From: Pirellulales bacterium
GTDB taxonomy: Bacteria > Planctomycetota > Planctomycetia > Pirellulales > Lacipirellulaceae
DNA: 64,000 nt
Assembly (NCBI GenBank): GCA_041740115.1
Contig: JBGSMO010000487.1
Coordinates: 7,953 to 71,952, forward strand
Direction of reading: 5' to 3'
This document shows positions 63,514 to 64,000 of this stretch, piece by piece. A model generated the notes under the pieces. It searched no databases and was not told the origin of the DNA. It worked only from the letters and a program-made list of their open reading frames with translations. Position numbers and translations under genes: made by a program. How positions within the stretch are numbered: position 1 is the first letter of the stretch; the number at the start of each line of letters is the position of its first letter.

Positions 63514-64000
63514 ATGTCGCCACCCTCGACTACCGTCCCGCCAGCCCGTCCTAGCGCCAAAACTGGTTCGCCGCGCGACGAGCTCTCTTCCCTCCGCATT
63601 GACCGCAGCCAGGCGCAAAAGAGCTCGCCGCTGGCGCTGCTGGCGTGGCTGCTGCTCGCTCTGCTTATCATCGGCGGCATCGGCGGCGCCGGTTATTTTG
63701 CGCTCAAGGACAAACTTTTCCCGCTCACTGAGGTCACCGTCGAATCGGTCCGCGTGATGACGCTCGGCCAGGCGCAAACCGAACTCACCGCCACCGGCTA
63801 TCTCGAATCGCGCTGGCAAGCCGCCGTCGGCGCCAAGGTCCCCGGCCGCATCGCCGAGATCCCCGTCGAAGAGGGAACCGAAGTGAAGGCTGGCGACGTG
63901 TTGGCTGAGCTTGAGCACGCCGACCTCGATGCGATGCTCGAATCACGCAGAGTCGCCGTGGCGCTGGCCGAAGCCCAAGTGGCTGAAGCAAAGTTCAATG
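63514..64000 (+). CDS. RND/ABC efflux periplasmic adaptor (membrane fusion protein), 5' part
   Basis: Manual translation MSPPSTT...DELSSLRIDR...TM...LTATGYLES...VGAKVPGRIAEIPVEEGTEVKAGDVLAEL (biotinyl-lipoyl-like motif); open to the window edge. Confidence 0.9.
   Translation, partial: MSPPSTTVPPARPSAKTGSPRDELSSLRIDRSQAQKSSPLALLAWLLLALLIIGGIGGAGYFALKDKLFPLTEVTVESVRVMTLGQAQTELTATGYLESRWQAAVGAKVPGRIAEIPVEEGTEVKAGDVLAELEHADLDAMLESRRVAVALAEAQVAEAKFN

Overview
High-GC bacterial chromosome segment, most likely from a planctomycete (inferred from the PEP-CTERM protein, tandem DUF1080 protein, very long FlgL and integrase style). Host backbone: a minus-strand flagellar cluster (flgF-G-A-H-I-J-N-K-L, fliW, csrA, 5' end of fliC), hemC, DUF502, an LptF/G permease, cyclophilin, a complete 14-gene nuoA-N operon, a PEP-CTERM surface protein, several metabolic genes (ltaE, rpiB, pyc, ldhA) and a partial RND adaptor. 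The main result is a 12,240-bp integrated element (15035-27289), absent from the ORF track as a unit, that splits comF at a perfect 15-bp direct repeat (CTAAATGATAGGACG); excision would rebuild an intact 255-aa ComF. It looks like a phage satellite (PICI-like): excisionase-like HTH, primase-helicase followed by an iteron cluster, a lambda Nu1-like small terminase preceded by a cosQ-like motif, a lone tape-measure-like gene with no recognisable capsid, portal, large terminase or tail-tube genes, and two tyrosine recombinases, one with arm-type repeats and one downstream of a lox/dif-like 12-6-12 palindrome. Intergenic spaces of the flagellar and nuo operons carry several families of palindromic repeats, including nested 9-10-nt-periodic and 7-nt-periodic hairpins. 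All calls rest on motif recognition by eye; no database searches were run.
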